From contig NC_057719.1 in assembly GCF_004010195.1 (NCBI RefSeq), positions 58,676,010 to 58,724,127 of the forward strand: a DNA stretch of 48,118 nt, in the 5' to 3' direction. The translations under genes were made by a program, and so were the position numbers. This document shows positions 25,319 to 38,368 of this stretch, one piece after another. Numbering within the stretch: position 1 is the first letter of the stretch; each line of letters begins with the position of its first letter. The DNA is from Chiloscyllium plagiosum (taxonomy: Eukaryota). The notes under the pieces are model-generated. The model saw only the letters and a list, made by a program, of their open reading frames with translations. It was not told the origin of the DNA and searched no databases.

Positions 25319-26817
25319 TTATATGGTTGCAATTGTATGAGGGGACAGCTGGCTAATTTTCCTTAGATAAAACGTTATGCCAATAAATAACTGGTGGCAA
25401 ACATTTGAAGAATGTCTAGAGGAATTAAGGGCTACGGGGAGAATGCTGGTAAGTGGAGCTGAAATGCGCATCAGCCATGATTGAATGGCGGAGTGGACTC
25501 GATGGGCCGAATGGCCTTACTTCCACTCCTATGTCTTATGGTCTTATGGAAACAATTGTAGCTGTTCAAGAACAATGTATTACATTTTAAAAAAAGCAAA
25601 AACATGTTGGCTAAATCCAGCCATTGTTGTGAAGGTTGGGACTAGATTAAAAGAAATGGCCTGTAATGTATAAAAGCTAAATAGTTCTTGAATGATTGGG
25701 AGAGTTTTAGAAATCAGGAAAGCACAACTAAATATGGATGATAAAAAGCATAGAATGTGAAATAAATTAGCCAGGAATATGAAAAGAAATTGTAAGAGCT
25801 TTTACAAGTCTCAGCTGACCTAATTGTGGCCTCAACTCCACGTTCTTGCATTGCATAGCCATTATGCCCTTTGACACCCTTTTCAATCAAAAATCTCCTG
25901 AACTCAATCTTAAAAATTTTCAATCATCCTGCGTGGTCTCATTCAGTATTCTGAAGAGGCTCCACAGGTTAGCGACTGAGGGACTGTTTCCCTTAACTGG
26001 GGCAATCTGTAATATGGTCCCAGATCTGGGCTTCAGTTAAGTCGAGTGCAAATGTACACAACAAAATTTTTTATGAAGCTTCTTGGACATCCTGATGTAC
26101 TGACTGCATTGGAATTGCCTGAGCAGTTTATATTTCTGGTGGGTAATTACCCTCTGAGAAATTCTCCAACTCTGAGCTCGAGCCCGAAGTTTCTGACTTA
26201 GTCACCTGGACAATTACCCAGAAAATGCTTGAAGGATTATAAGTAGTTCCAGCTCCTGGGTCATCATACAACTGATTTCCCTGACTCTCCACTGAATGCT
26301 CAGAGCACCAGCACTCCAACTAACTCCCACGACCCTCCACCTCATAATCTTCTTAGTAAAACCATGATACAACTATCCCAAAATCACCCCATTTGCTTCC
26401 TTGACCAATCTTACTAGCATCCAGCCTAACGTAACTTCACTTGCCTGCTATCCTACACCTTCTAACCCATTTGCAACCCAGCCACCTTACTCGCCTTATA
26501 GAAATACCTCCTCCAGTGCTTCTCAAGGACATTTAAACTCATTAAAATTACAGATATGTAAGTATTTAACTTTTTGTGTGACTTGATTTTGGGACTCCAA
26601 CCCAGTTTGGAAGATTGGGCCAGGATCTCCTCATGACAGATTCATCATTTAGGACTAAGCCAAAGAGGAAAATACTTAACTCAAAGTGTTGTGAATCTTC
26701 AGAATTATCTACCCCAGAGGTTTGTAGATTCTCCATCATTGAGTAGATTCAATGTTAACATTGACAGATTTTCAATCTTTTGGGATTCGAGAAATATGGG
26801 AAGCAGCTGGAAAAGTA

Positions 26818-27129
26818 GAGCGGCACGATGGCACAGTGGTTAGCACTGCTGCCTCACAGCGCCAGAGACCCGGGTTCAATTCCTGCCTCAGGCAACTGTC
26901 TGTGTGGAGTTTGCACATTCTCCCCGTGTCTGCGTGGGTTTCCTCCGGGTGCTCTGGTTTCCTCCCACAATCACAAAGATGTGCAGGTCAGGTGAAATGG
27001 CCATGCTAAATTGCCCGTAGTGTTAGGTAAGAGGTAAATGTATGGGTGGGTTGCGCTTCGGCGGGTCGGTGTGGACTTGTTGGGCCGAAGGGCCTGTTTC
27101 CACACTGTAAGTAATCTAATCTTAAAAAA
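26818..27129 (+). mobile_element. HE1-type SINE, young, full length
   Basis: Highly similar to 24836-25147; TSD aaaagta 26811-26817 / 27130-27136. Confidence 0.95.
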
Positions 27130-27198
27130 AAAAGTAAATTTAAGACGGCCAATCAGCATGATCATATTCAACTCAAGAGGCCATATGATCTATTCCTT

Positions 27199-27291
27199 TG
27201 TTTAGATCAGAGTGGTGCTGGAAAAGCACTGCAGGTCAGGCAGCATCCGAGGAGCAGGAAAATCGATGTTTCGGACAAAAGCCATTCATCA
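27199..27291 (-). mobile_element. Single-arm family A pLTR fragment truncated inside the hammerhead core
   Basis: Minus strand reads UGAUGA-A-UGGC-UUUU-GUCC-GAAA-CAUC followed by family A downstream sequence. Confidence 0.8.
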
Positions 27292-27619
27292 TTTCTTCTC
27301 CTAGTTCTTGTGCTCTTATATAGAAAATAACAACATCTTAATCCTTATTGACCCTTGATTATTTTATTTTTGAATAAGTCAATAAAAAGGAAGTGAACAC
27401 TTTCCTAGATGACTCTAATCTCATGAATGACTAAATACGGCATAACTAAACTTTCCATTTTATTATATTAAAGTCCAAAATGAATATAAGTGAACAGCTA
27501 TGATAGAATACAGGCAATTGGTCAGTAAGAAAATCTAAATCTTTGCATAAATTTAATTTTGTTTGTAGATAGCGTTTAATTGAAATCTAAGGTCTCAATT
27601 CCCAGACTTCAACAGGGTT

Positions 27620-28935
27620 TTAACAAGGTCTCCACTGGATAAACAGTTAGGCTTGGTTAATTAAGGAGCAGCTTTTTAACTGGGTCTCCCCAGTCTTTTG
27701 TGAAAGGAGCATATAAAACTAAGCAATGTTGCGACATTTACAATAGAGCCCGGAAGTTGGGTGACCAATAGAGGAATAGAAAGATTTGCTCCATTGCTTT
27801 GGCTTTTTCTCATTTTTGCAGCCTCTAGAAATTTGTTCCTTAATGCTACAGGAGAAGAAGCTAGTTATTAGGTGAATGATAATTTACTAAGGTTAATTGT
27901 ATTCCTAATAAGAAAGTGATTTTATTCATTCATTGGATTATTATTGCCCATCCCTAATTGCCCAGAGGGCACTTAAGAGTCAACACATTGCAATGGGTCT
28001 GGAGTCATGTGTAGGCTTGTAGTAAGATCAACAGAATGCACCAAAAAGTAAATATATAATTCAGTAAGATAATTGAGTAGAATTTAGGGTGGTAGGACAG
28101 GTGATGTAACACATCTGCAGCATGTGGGGATTCATGGATGCTAGTTTGTGGCAAAGAAAATATATCTGCAATAAGTGAAGTGCAAGCAGATTCGATTCAG
28201 TTTATCAGCTGGAGGCTGAACTACAGATACTGATTCATCGGCGAAGGGTGATGTTGCATGGATTCCTTGTACCATGAAGCAGTCACAGCACGTAGGCTAA
28301 TGTCTTTTGATTTAGTCAGTTCAGAGAGGACAGGATAGTGTAACTGCAAGTGAGACGGAAAGCACAGAAACATAGAATATAGGAGAACAAGTAGGTCATC
28401 CGACCCTTCGAGCCTGTTCTGCCATTCAGTATGATCATGGCTGATCATCCAACTCATCACCCTGTTCCCACTTTCTCCCCTGATTAGAGAACCCAGAGCA
28501 TAAGACCCTTAGCCCTTACAATTGTGCCAAGCTTTTGAGACTCTTTCAATTTTTTTGGATGAGATTTCTGGCTCCAGGTGGTTGACCTAACTTACCATAA
28601 CATTGAGCTACAGGAAGCCATTCAAGTGGTGCAGAGCAAAAAGAAATGTAATGGCGGTAGAGGACAGCATAATCAGAGGGATTAACAACATCATTTGAAC
28701 AAAGTGCATGAGACCAGGTAGCTGTGTGGCCTACCCAGTGCTAGGGCTCAGAGTATCTGCTTAAGCCTAGAAAGGAACTTGTAATGGGAAGGGGAGGATC
28801 CAGTTCTCATGGTCCTTGTAAACCAATGATGTGGCAAAGTAGGTGGTTATACATAGTCAGTATGAGGACCGAGACATCAAATTAAGAAGCACATCTTAAA
28901 TATAATAACCTCCGGATTACTACTTTAGCCACATG
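27620..28935 (+). mobile_element. Old CR1 5' region/ORF1 (Cys-rich + SGNH-esterase-like); antisense CR1 tail inserted at ~28365-28482
   Basis: VEDSIIRGI and LCGLPSARAQSI...WEGEDPVLMV, matching CR1 ORF1 esterase blocks. Confidence 0.7.
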
Positions 28936-28985
28936 TCTAGCTTCCATATCCTTTTTCACAGTAAATACTGATGCAAAATACTCAG

Positions 28986-31900
28986 ATATTCACAGCTGGG
29001 TCTGCTGAATTCTGAGCGGAGTATATGGGTAATAGGAGTGTACTCAAGCGAAATCAGGAGGGCAAAAAAGGGACACAAGATAGCTTTGGCACATAGGGTT
29101 AAGTACAATCCAAAGCGATTCTACAAATACAAAACCTAACTAGGGAGAGAATAGGTCCCTTAAATATCAACAAGACCAACAATGTGTGGAACCACAGGAG
29201 ATGGGTGAGAGACTAAATAAGTATTTTGTGTCGGTATGTACTGTGGAGGATATGGAAGCTAGAGAATTTGGAGAAATAAATAATGATTTCTTGAAAAGTG
29301 TCCAAATTACAGAGGAGGATGTGCTGGGCATCTTAAAATGCATAAAGACGGGTAATTCCCCAGGACCTGATCTGGTGTGTGCCAGAACTTTGTAGGAAGC
29401 TAGGGAAGTGATTGCAAGGCCATTTGCTGAGATATTTGTATAATTGGTAGCCATGGGTGAGGTGTCAGAAGATTGGAAGGTGGCTAATGTGGGTGCCATT
29501 ATTTAAGAAAAGTGGTAAGGAAAAGACCCAGGGAAATATAGACCAGTGAGCCTGATGTCAAGGATAGGTAAATTGTTGGAGAGCATTCTGAGGGACAGGA
29601 GTTATATGCATTTGGAAAGGCAGAGACTGATAAGGGATAGCAACATGGCTTTGTGCATAGGAAATTTTGTCTCATTAACTTGAATGAAATTTTTGAGGAA
29701 GAGACAAAAAGGTTGATGAATGCAGAGCAGCGGATGTTGTCTATATGGACTTCAACAAGGTGTTTGACAAAGTTCGGCAAGGTAGACTGGTTTGCAAAGT
29801 TAGATCACATGGAATCCAGGAAGAACTAGCCATTTGGATCCAAACTTGGCTTGAAGATAGGACACAGAGGGTAGTGATGGAGGATTGTTTTTCAGACTGA
29901 AGACATGTGACTAGTGGTGTGCCACAAGAACCCATACTGAGTCCACTGCTTTTTGTCATTTATATAAATGATTTGAATGTGCATACAGGAAGAGTAGTTA
30001 ATAAGTTTGCAGATGACACTAAAATTGGTGTTGTAGTGAACAGTGAATAAGATTATTTCAGAGTATAACTGCACCTTGATAAAATGGGACGATAGGCTGT
30101 GAAGTGGCAGATAAAGTTTAATTTAGATAAATGTGAGGCTTTGCATTTTGGAAAGACAATTCAGGGCTTATGCACTTAATGGTAGGGTCCTGGGGAGTGT
30201 TATCAAGCAGAGAGATTTAGGGATGCAAGTACATAGTTCCTTGAAAGTGGCATCACAGGTAGACAGGATAGTGAAGAATGTGTTTGGTATGCTGGCCTTT
30301 ATTGGTCAGTGCATTGAGTATAGGAGTTGGAATGCCATGTTGTGGCTGTACAGTACCTTGGTTGAGGCCACTTTTGGAATGCTGTATTCAATTCTGGTCT
30401 CCCTGCTATAGGAAAAATGTTGTGAAACTTGAAAAGATTCACAAGGATATTGTCAAGGTTGGTGGGTTTAAGCAATAGGGAAAGGCTGAATAGGCTGGGG
30501 CTTTTTCCCTCGGAGCATCAGAGGCTAAGCAGTGACCTTATAAGAGTTTATAGAATCATGAGGGGCATAGCATAGCCAAGTGAATAGCCAAATTCTGTTT
30601 CCCAGGATAGGAGAGTCCAAAACTAGAGGGCATAGGTTTATGATGAGAGGGAGTAAGATTGAAAAGGGATCTAAGGAGCAAAGGGTGGTACATGGATGGA
30701 ATGAGATGCCAGAGGAAGTGTTGGAGGCTGATATAATTACAACATTCAAAAGGCACCTGGATTGAAAGGCTTAGAGGGATATGGGCCAAATGCTGACAAA
30801 GATTAATTTATGGATGCAGTCCTTTCTGCTAATACGCAATTGTTGCATTCTCGTAACTTAGCACTGCAGAAAATCCCGCAATAAAAATAACAAGGCTTAT
30901 GGAAAAAATAGGTTTGGGGCAATCACCAAAAATATTACTCAAAATCGAAACAAAGAAAGTTGTTAGCCTAACATAAAGGATAGCACAGTTGAAGTAAATG
31001 TTAAATTCATATCTAATAATGAAATAATACAGTAAACTTAACATTTTACCTTGAAAAATTTTGAAGATAACTTGATGGGAGTAGAAGGGTGGTATTGAGG
31101 TTGCTGAGTTATTAAGATGGGCTGAGGGTCATCATCATCATCTTCAGGTGTGGTTGTGCTTGCAGAGTTAGGACAAAAAATAGTTCATCCAGACGTGGAT
31201 GGCTGTGGTTCATTGTATCCTGACTGTTTCTTGGCAGTTGGCTTAAAAAAGACATCTAGGTTTTGCTGCTTTTGCCCTCTTTCTTCTTTCATAATAAAGC
31301 TGTTCATAGGGTGCCAAATAAGACCTTATTCCTTGAATTGCTATCCTGCTGCATTCTGCATTGTAATCATTGTCTTCTAAGAGCTGCAACTGCTTCTCAA
31401 CTTCCGTCAGGATAGGAGACAGAAGAGAGGTGGAAAGGTCTAATGGTGCTGCATCCTGAATTACTACTACTTTATCTCCAGCTTCCATTTCCCCCTCAGC
31501 AACAGGTTGTTGTCGATCAACTGTACAGAGGTCTTCACAATGGGACTGAAGCAACTCTTCAACATCCTCACTCTCCACTTCTTCAAATCCAACCTGCTTT
31601 GCAAGAGGAACACAATGTTCTTTGATTCTTGGGAGCTGCTCTGATGGCTCAAAGCTTCTAAAATCATGAATAACATCTGGAAGAAGCTTCTGCCAAACTG
31701 CATGCTAGAAGTCCTTCCTGACGTCACACCAGGCCTCCGCAATAATGTCAATAGCGCTCTTGATCTAAGTTGTAGCCTTCTTCCTCAATCATTTTTTTCA
31801 CTGTGGAAGGAAATGTCATTGCACGTTCCTTGTCATCACTGGCAGCTTCATCACATAACTTTATGTAACAAAAAGCATAGTGGTTCTTAAAACCAGCAAA

Positions 31901-32690
31901 CCAGCTACTACTAGCACTAAAGGTGGCACATCTGCAGGATTTTCAGCTAATTTCTTTAGTCTTCATAAATTGATAAGGCTTTCTCCTTTCTGGCAAGAAA
32001 GCTGATCCCAGGTTGCTCTTTCTTTTGATCTTCTATGCACAGTCTTAGAAGCTGCTCCATCTTCTCAAGTTCCTTTGGCTGTGATCTCAGATTTGCTAGC
32101 ACTCAGTGTTCCAGCAATATAACTTGCTTTAATTTTTTTTCTGTAATCGTGCGTAACATAGTCTCCTTTATTCCTGTTGCACGAACATCACATGTTTTTT
32201 CATTATGTTCAAAATGCTTTATAACATCTAGCTTCTCTTCAAGTGTTATAGCCTTTCTTTTATGTTCACCGCCCGCAATTTTATCACCAGGACACTTCTT
32301 GTAAACATTCTTGTTACTTTTCCTTCCCATATTTATCGGTAACACAGCAAAATCTGCAAAACAGAACAAAATTTATAGAGTACCTCTCAAACAGCACTTC
32401 ACAACAAAGCATGCAAGTCAACTGAGCATATGATGTCGACACGGAGACTCTTGGCGTAAGCATTGTATTCCTTTGTCCACCGCGACAGTTAAAATGTTGA
32501 GGATGAAATGCATAATAGCCAACACAAGAATGTGAAAGTTCATGTTTTACAAACAGTTTTCACCTATTCATCCATTGTGTTACAGCTAATTCGCATTGAC
32601 AAAACACCGTAGTAGCAGAAAGGACCGTATCTGGTTGACATGGATGTGTTTTTGGACCAAAGTGTCTGTTTCCGTATGCAAATCTATAAC
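28986..32690 (+). mobile_element. CR1 LINE, 5'-truncated ORF2 to 3' tail; tail split by Tigger
   Basis: NSPGPD, EDWKVANV, QHGF, YMDFNKVFDKV, FADDTK (~30006), WNEMPEEV; 3' UTR resumes at 32628. Confidence 0.92.
30817..32627 (-). mobile_element. Tigger/pogo DNA transposon, defective
   Basis: TIRs cagtcctttctgctaatacg / cgtagtagcagaaaggaccg; TA right and TG left; CENP-B-like N-terminus KRKAITLEEKLDVIKHFE; C-terminal EDVEELLQSH.EDL; frameshifts and stops. Confidence 0.9.
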
Positions 32691-32694
32691 CGCA

Positions 32695-35115
32695 TGTTCT
32701 GGAGTCAACTGGAGAGCAAGCTGTACTCACGCTGGAATTACGTAATGAGATACGATTAATTAATGATCTCACAATGAAGTCAACCATCAATAGCAGTGGC
32801 CATAATGTGATAGAATATCACCTTCAGTAAAGAGGAGCGGATTCAAGATATTTTTAATATTTAAATAAGGCCAATTATTAGGGCTTGAATCCAGATCTAA
32901 CTGAAATGAATTGGCCAAAAAGGCTAAAAAGTAGGTCAATAGGGATTTCATGGCAAACATTTAAGGGAGTACATTAGAATACAGAGAATAGAACGTTTCT
33001 GATGAGAAAGAAATATTCCAAAGAACAAATCAATCATCTGGAGTTAACTAGAAAGGCTAAAGGTAGTATCAAATTAAAAGAAAAAGGGCCCAGGTTATTG
33101 TCTCACCTGCTCCTAACATATGGCATAACAGTTTGATTAAGAATATCTATAATTGTGCAAAGACAAGTGGCAGGGCAGAAGATTGGATAGAATATAGGAA
33201 GTTTCAAAGAATGAAAGAATAAGGAGACTAAAAGAGGAGTATGAGAGAAAGCTAATCAGCAATATAAAATCAGTGTGAATTTCTATAAATATATGAAGCA
33301 AGAAAACTCGACAAAGTGACCATTGGTCCTATAATAATTAATAATGGAAAATAATACGACTGCAAATAAATTGAATCTGGGAACAGTCTTCACTATAGAG
33401 GATGCAAGTAACATCCCAGAAGCAGCTATAAATCAGGAAATGGAACACAGAAAAGTTATAATCAGTAGAGAGCAGTACTGGACAATTTGTTGCAGTTGTG
33501 GTTTGGCAAGTGTTTTAATTCTCATAGACCTCATACTTGGGTCTTAAAAGAAATGGCTTGTGTGCAGATGGAACCTCTTTATTCAAAAAGGGAGGGAGAC
33601 TAAAAGCAGGAAACTGCTGGCCAGTTGATTTATCATCTGTCATAGAGACAATTTTAGAAATTATTTGAAAGAAGTTAATAGCAAAACACTTGGGTAACTT
33701 CAAGGCAGTGGGACAGAGTCAGCATTGTTTTGTGAAAGGGAAATCATTTTAAACCAATTTATTAGAGTTATTTGGGTAAGTAACATGTTCTGGATAAAGG
33801 GGACCCAGTGGATGTACTAGATACTTTCTGATCAACCTTTTGAACTGGTATTATGCACTTCTGGAATGAGTCGGATTTATACCTTGGCCTCCTGGCTCAA
33901 GGGTAGCAACACTATCACTGCACCACAAAAGCCCTCCAGCTGGATTTACTATATTTGAATGTCTCGAGGGCATTTGATAAAATGTAGCATCAAAGGTTAT
34001 TGCAGAAAATAAAAGCTTAGGTGCAGGAGGGTCACATGTTGGTCTGATTAAAGGATTGATGGAGTAGTTGACTAACAAGAAACAGAGTGTAGGCATAAAT
34101 GGGTATTTTTCAGAAGATATTAAGGGTGGCATGCCACAGTGATTGGTATTGAGATCTCAAATATTTGCAATTCATATAAATTATTTGGATGAAGATCTAG
34201 TTACCCAAATTTGCTGATAGCACAAAATCGGGAAAAAATAAGTTAAATGGAGCGAACAAGATCAAAAAAGTATGCAGATAGATCAAGTGAGTGGGCAAAA
34301 ATCTGGCAAATGGAGGATCATGCAGGGAAGTGTGAAATTACCTATTTTCGCAGATACAATATAAAAGAGCATCTAATCAAAGTGGTGAGAAATTGCAGAG
34401 TTCTGAGATACAGGGAGGCTTGGAGTCCTATTGCAAGGATCGCAAAATGTTAGTATGCAGAGCAATTAATTAAGCAAGCTGATCTAATATTATAATTTGC
34501 TGTGAGGGGTTTGAATACAAAAGTAGAAAGTTTCAGTTACAGTTATACAGGATACTGATGAGATCACATTTGGAGTACTGTGTACAGTATTAGTCACCTT
34601 ATTTAAGGAAGGATGTAAATGTAATGGAAATAGTTCTGAGAAGGTTAACCAGGGCCTGCATCTAAAACAAATAGGTTGTCTTATGAGGAAAGATTGGACA
34701 CACTCAGCATGTATTTGTTGGAGTTTAAAGAGTAGAAGATGACTTGATTGAAACAATGTGACCCTGAGGAGTCTTGACAAATTGGATAGGGAGACAGTAT
34801 TTTCTGTTGTGGTAAAATCTTAAATTAAGAGACACTCTTTAAAAATAAGGAGTCCCTCATTTAACACAAATGAAGCAAAGTTTGTCTCTGAGAGATGTGA
34901 GTCTTTAGAACTCTGCCTGAAAAGATAGTGAAAGCAGGATCTTTGAATATTCTTAAGGTAGAGGTGGATAGATTCTTGGCAAGCAAAAGAATGAAAGGTT
35001 TTAAGGATAGAATGGAATGCAGATTTGTGGTCACAATCAGATCAGCCACAATCTTATTAAATGGTTGAGTAAGCTCAAGGAGTTGAATGGCCTACTCCTA
35101 ATCTGCTCCTTGTTT
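32695..35115 (+). mobile_element. Old CR1 ORF2 and 3' tail
   Basis: Decayed LLFKKGGR.KAGNCWPV, QHCFVKGKS, FADSTK, SEWAKIWQME, LEYCVQY motifs. Confidence 0.8.
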
Positions 35116-35281
35116 GGGTGTTTTACTATTAAAATAATTATTTTTTATTAGTGTGGGTAGGTTAGTGCAGACTCGATAGAGTGAAGAGCCTGTTCTGTGC
35201 TGTGACACTGTGACAAGCCAAAATACCATTTCTTTAGTTTGCTTCTGTTTCGCACACATGCATCTCTTTCTGAGTAGTAGT

Positions 35282-36060
35282 TTCATGGAATTGTTGCAGT
35301 GCAGAAAAAAGCCATTTGGCCCAACAAGTTTATACCAGTTCTCCAAATGAATATCACGACTTAGTTCCATTCTCACATTGACTCCTCATAACCCAGCACA
35401 TTATGTCTATTTAAATAATCTAATGCCCTCTTGAATGCCTCAATTGAGTCTGCTTCCACCATGCCTCCAGGCTGTGCATTCTAGATGCAAACCACTTACT
35501 AAATGAAAATGTTTCTTCACACACTACATCTACTACTTTTACAAATCATTTTAAATGTGTCCCCTCTCATTCTTGATACATTTATGAGCAGGAACTGTTC
35601 CCCTTGCCTATTCTGTCCAGACCTCTCATGATTTTGAAAACTTCAATCAAATCTCTGCTTAGCCTTCTCCTCTGAAAGGTAAACAGTAGCAGTTTCATCA
35701 ATCTATCTTCATAACTGAAGTTTCTCATCCCTGGTAACCTTCTTGTAAACCTCTTTAGTCTCTCCAATGCATCCAAATCCTTCCTAAATGTTGCACCTAG
35801 AACTGTACATGGCATTCCAGCTAAGGTCTAACTAGTATCTTATACAGATTCTGCTTAACCTACCTGCTCTTGTGTCCAATGCCCTTATTAATGAAGCATA
35901 GGATGCTGTATACTTTAGTAATGGTGTATTCTACCTATCCTGTCACTTTTAATAACTTATGCATGCATACACCCAGGTTTCTCTGTTCCTGCATACCCTT
36001 TAGAGTAGTATTCTTTATTTAATGTTGTCTCTCCATGTTCTATGAAAATGTATCGCCTCC
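35282..36060 (-). mobile_element. Old CR1 3' fragment
   Basis: RKDLDALER..RFTRRLPGMRNFSYEDRL..RRRLSRDLIEVFKIM. Confidence 0.85.
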
Positions 36061-37372
36061 CATATGGAATTCTTTTTCCTGAATAACCTGGTGTCACTTC
36101 TTATATTCTACTGCATGGTTTTCTGGTTATTCAGAGGTCTGACATGAGAAATGTAAGTATTAGGCATATCAACTGTAGGTGCCATGATTCCAATTAGTTT
36201 GCTGACCCATTTTCAGTGAAATGGATAATTCATGGTGAGCTATTGGATCTGAAATCTGAGCAATGGTAGCATGCATTGCAGCTGTCATCGTTTGGAAGCC
36301 AATACAAAGATTTTCCATCTAGTATTGTCACCAGAGCAATAATCTGATGTGTAAACGTTATCAGAGCATTATGGTTCAGATCTTTCAATCATTCCAGCAA
36401 TGCACATCAGCCAGGTGTGTCAGGATAGTTCAGAAGACCCAATATACTTAATTGTAATGCAATTACCTTGCACTTTTAAACACCTGATGGCCAATTATCT
36501 GGTGCCCAGAACCCTTTGGAAATGCATCCAATTCACAATTAAAGTCTGGACTTTGAAGAACTCCAATACACTGAACTGAATAGCCATCCAGGAAAAATTA
36601 GAGAGACTAAAACTTACTCCTAACTCCAGTGTTACTATAAAACTGACACTACCATCTCCCTCAAACCCACTGATTCAGTACTGACTTCTCAGAAACCTCC
36701 AGCAACCACCCACAACCTGACTCTTCTCATGTCCAGATCTTTGCACAACTTGATCCTATCACATCTTCTGACACCTCGTTATTCACAAAAAGAATCTCCG
36801 ATGTGAGATGATACATTTTGATAGAACACCGAGAGACAATATTAAATAAAGAGTATTACTCTAAAGGGTATACAGGAGCATATATGTGCATAATTCATTA
36901 AAACTGACAGAACAGGTATAGTCCAGACACAACTCCCCATACCCAACCCCACTCCTGACCCCAATCTCGCTGCTGAATTTCCCCCAACCCAGCACATCTT
37001 CTGACCAACTTACCTTACAACTTACATTCACCTGTTACTTCTTTCCTGCCCCACCTGCCCCTGAGCACTCTACCCACCAGTCAAGCGAACATGCTACATA
37101 GCTATCTGCTAAACTACCAGTCCACCCACCTACCAACACACCACCCACCTAAGTATTCATGAACAACCTGCCAACCTAATAAGTACCTGTCACCATATCC
37201 ACCGCCATCTATCTCCAAGTCTGTTGACTGAGGTGCCTCCATACTGAGATCCCAACCTATCCCCGCATATTTTGCCCTGCTATCGCCATACCCACTCACT
37301 AAGAATCATTTAATATCATTGAATATTAAACAGGAAAGAAACTCATTACATTTAGAATTTGATAATATAGAA

Positions 37373-37734
37373 CTTGCTGGACAAGATATGCATTTTGCTG
37401 AAGTTTTTCAGCTTGCATTCATCAGGGCAACACACAAGAATTAATGGGAAAACTCATAATTTATACTGCATGCGAGGAGTGTGTTGAGTGGTTGGCAAGT
37501 GAACTCTGATTAGTAGAGGCATTGGTATGGAGAATGAATCAATTAATGATGATTGAAAGTTTACTGCCATGTCTTGTTTAAAATGCCTGCACCAATCAGA
37601 GTCTTCTTGCCAGTTAATTGATATTCTTATGTCATGCAGCATGAATTTTAATTTTCCCCTTGAATTTATATTCTTGTGAATTATCCTGATGAGTGCAAGA
37701 CAATGAGTTTCAAAAGATGCCTTCGTCAGCAAAA
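37373..37734. mobile_element. Old inverted-pLTR element, family D, with two decayed hammerhead cores
   Basis: Minus core CUGAUGA (37419-37425)-AU-GCAAG-CU-GAAAAACUUC; plus core CUGAUGA (37686-37692)-GU-GCAAG-AC-...UUC. Arms are inverted homologues. Possible degenerate TSD 37349-37372 / 37735-37757. Confidence 0.65.
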
Positions 37735-38250
37735 CACTTAGAATTATGAAATAAGAATGTAGTTAGTTCTTTCAAAAAAACATAAAACATGTAAGCTATG
37801 TAATAACTGAAAAATGGGGAGAATATTAGATTAAACTTAACTGACAGTTTAAATTTTTATGCTGCCAGCTGCTACCATCTTGCAGGGTGATGTGGACTAT
37901 GGTATTGTTTCCCCGGCACTGTATCAAGTCCTACCTTTTTTTTATAATGGAGGTTTCAGGGACTGGCCAGCATCAAAAGACTAACTGTAAAAAGCCATTG
38001 GGTGTGTAATTGAAAGTTTTTCCTATGATCAGAATAGTTGTGTCATGAATCAGAAGATCTAAGCCAATGTGTCAATTTAGCTGTGGTATCAAGCCTAGAA
38101 ATTCGTAATGTTAAGTGCACTTCTTATATGCAAGTAGAAAATGAGTTACACGCACTATTTGGAATTTACATGAACATGTTTTGGATTAATTGATCTGTAT
38201 AGCTACAATAATTAACTTGGGCAGCATGAACTTCAACTTTTAAAACTTAC

Positions 38251-38368
38251 CTTTAGATGAAGGATACAACAGCAGCACTCACAACAGTTAAGTAATGAAC
38301 AGAACTTGGCTAAGTCAGCTAACATACAGTCTATTATGGCATGTTTTGTGCTATAACATAATGTGTAA
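38251..38368 (-). other. Candidate host exon (coding or UTR)
   Basis: Pyrimidine-rich tract ending ttctcag|; strong donor AAG|gtaagt; open frame YTLCYSTKHAIIDCMLADLAKFCSLLNCCECCCCILHLK; lies in TE-poor DNA. Confidence 0.3.

Larger units (their letters stand above)
24390..25807 (+). mobile_element. Old CR1 ORF2 (endonuclease/linker) hosting nested insertions, including a short young CR1 tail at ~25415-25548
   Basis: Decayed motifs (EFMWVE, VVIYR, ILGNFSL, GKRDHN). Confidence 0.7.
25950..27320 (+). mobile_element. Fragmented CR1 3' end with nested SINE and pLTR; an antisense CR1 tail lies at ~25808-25930
   Basis: ILKRLHRLATEGLFPL; ttgtgaatcttcagaattatctaccccagagg; tail ...ctcctagttcttgtgctcttat. 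Confidence 0.65.

Noticed and set aside
36920..37300. C/A-rich strand-biased tracts (also ~3760-4210, ~12590-12760, ~26320-26520)
   Set aside because: Probably an old low-complexity repeat family, but I could not define a unit or termini.
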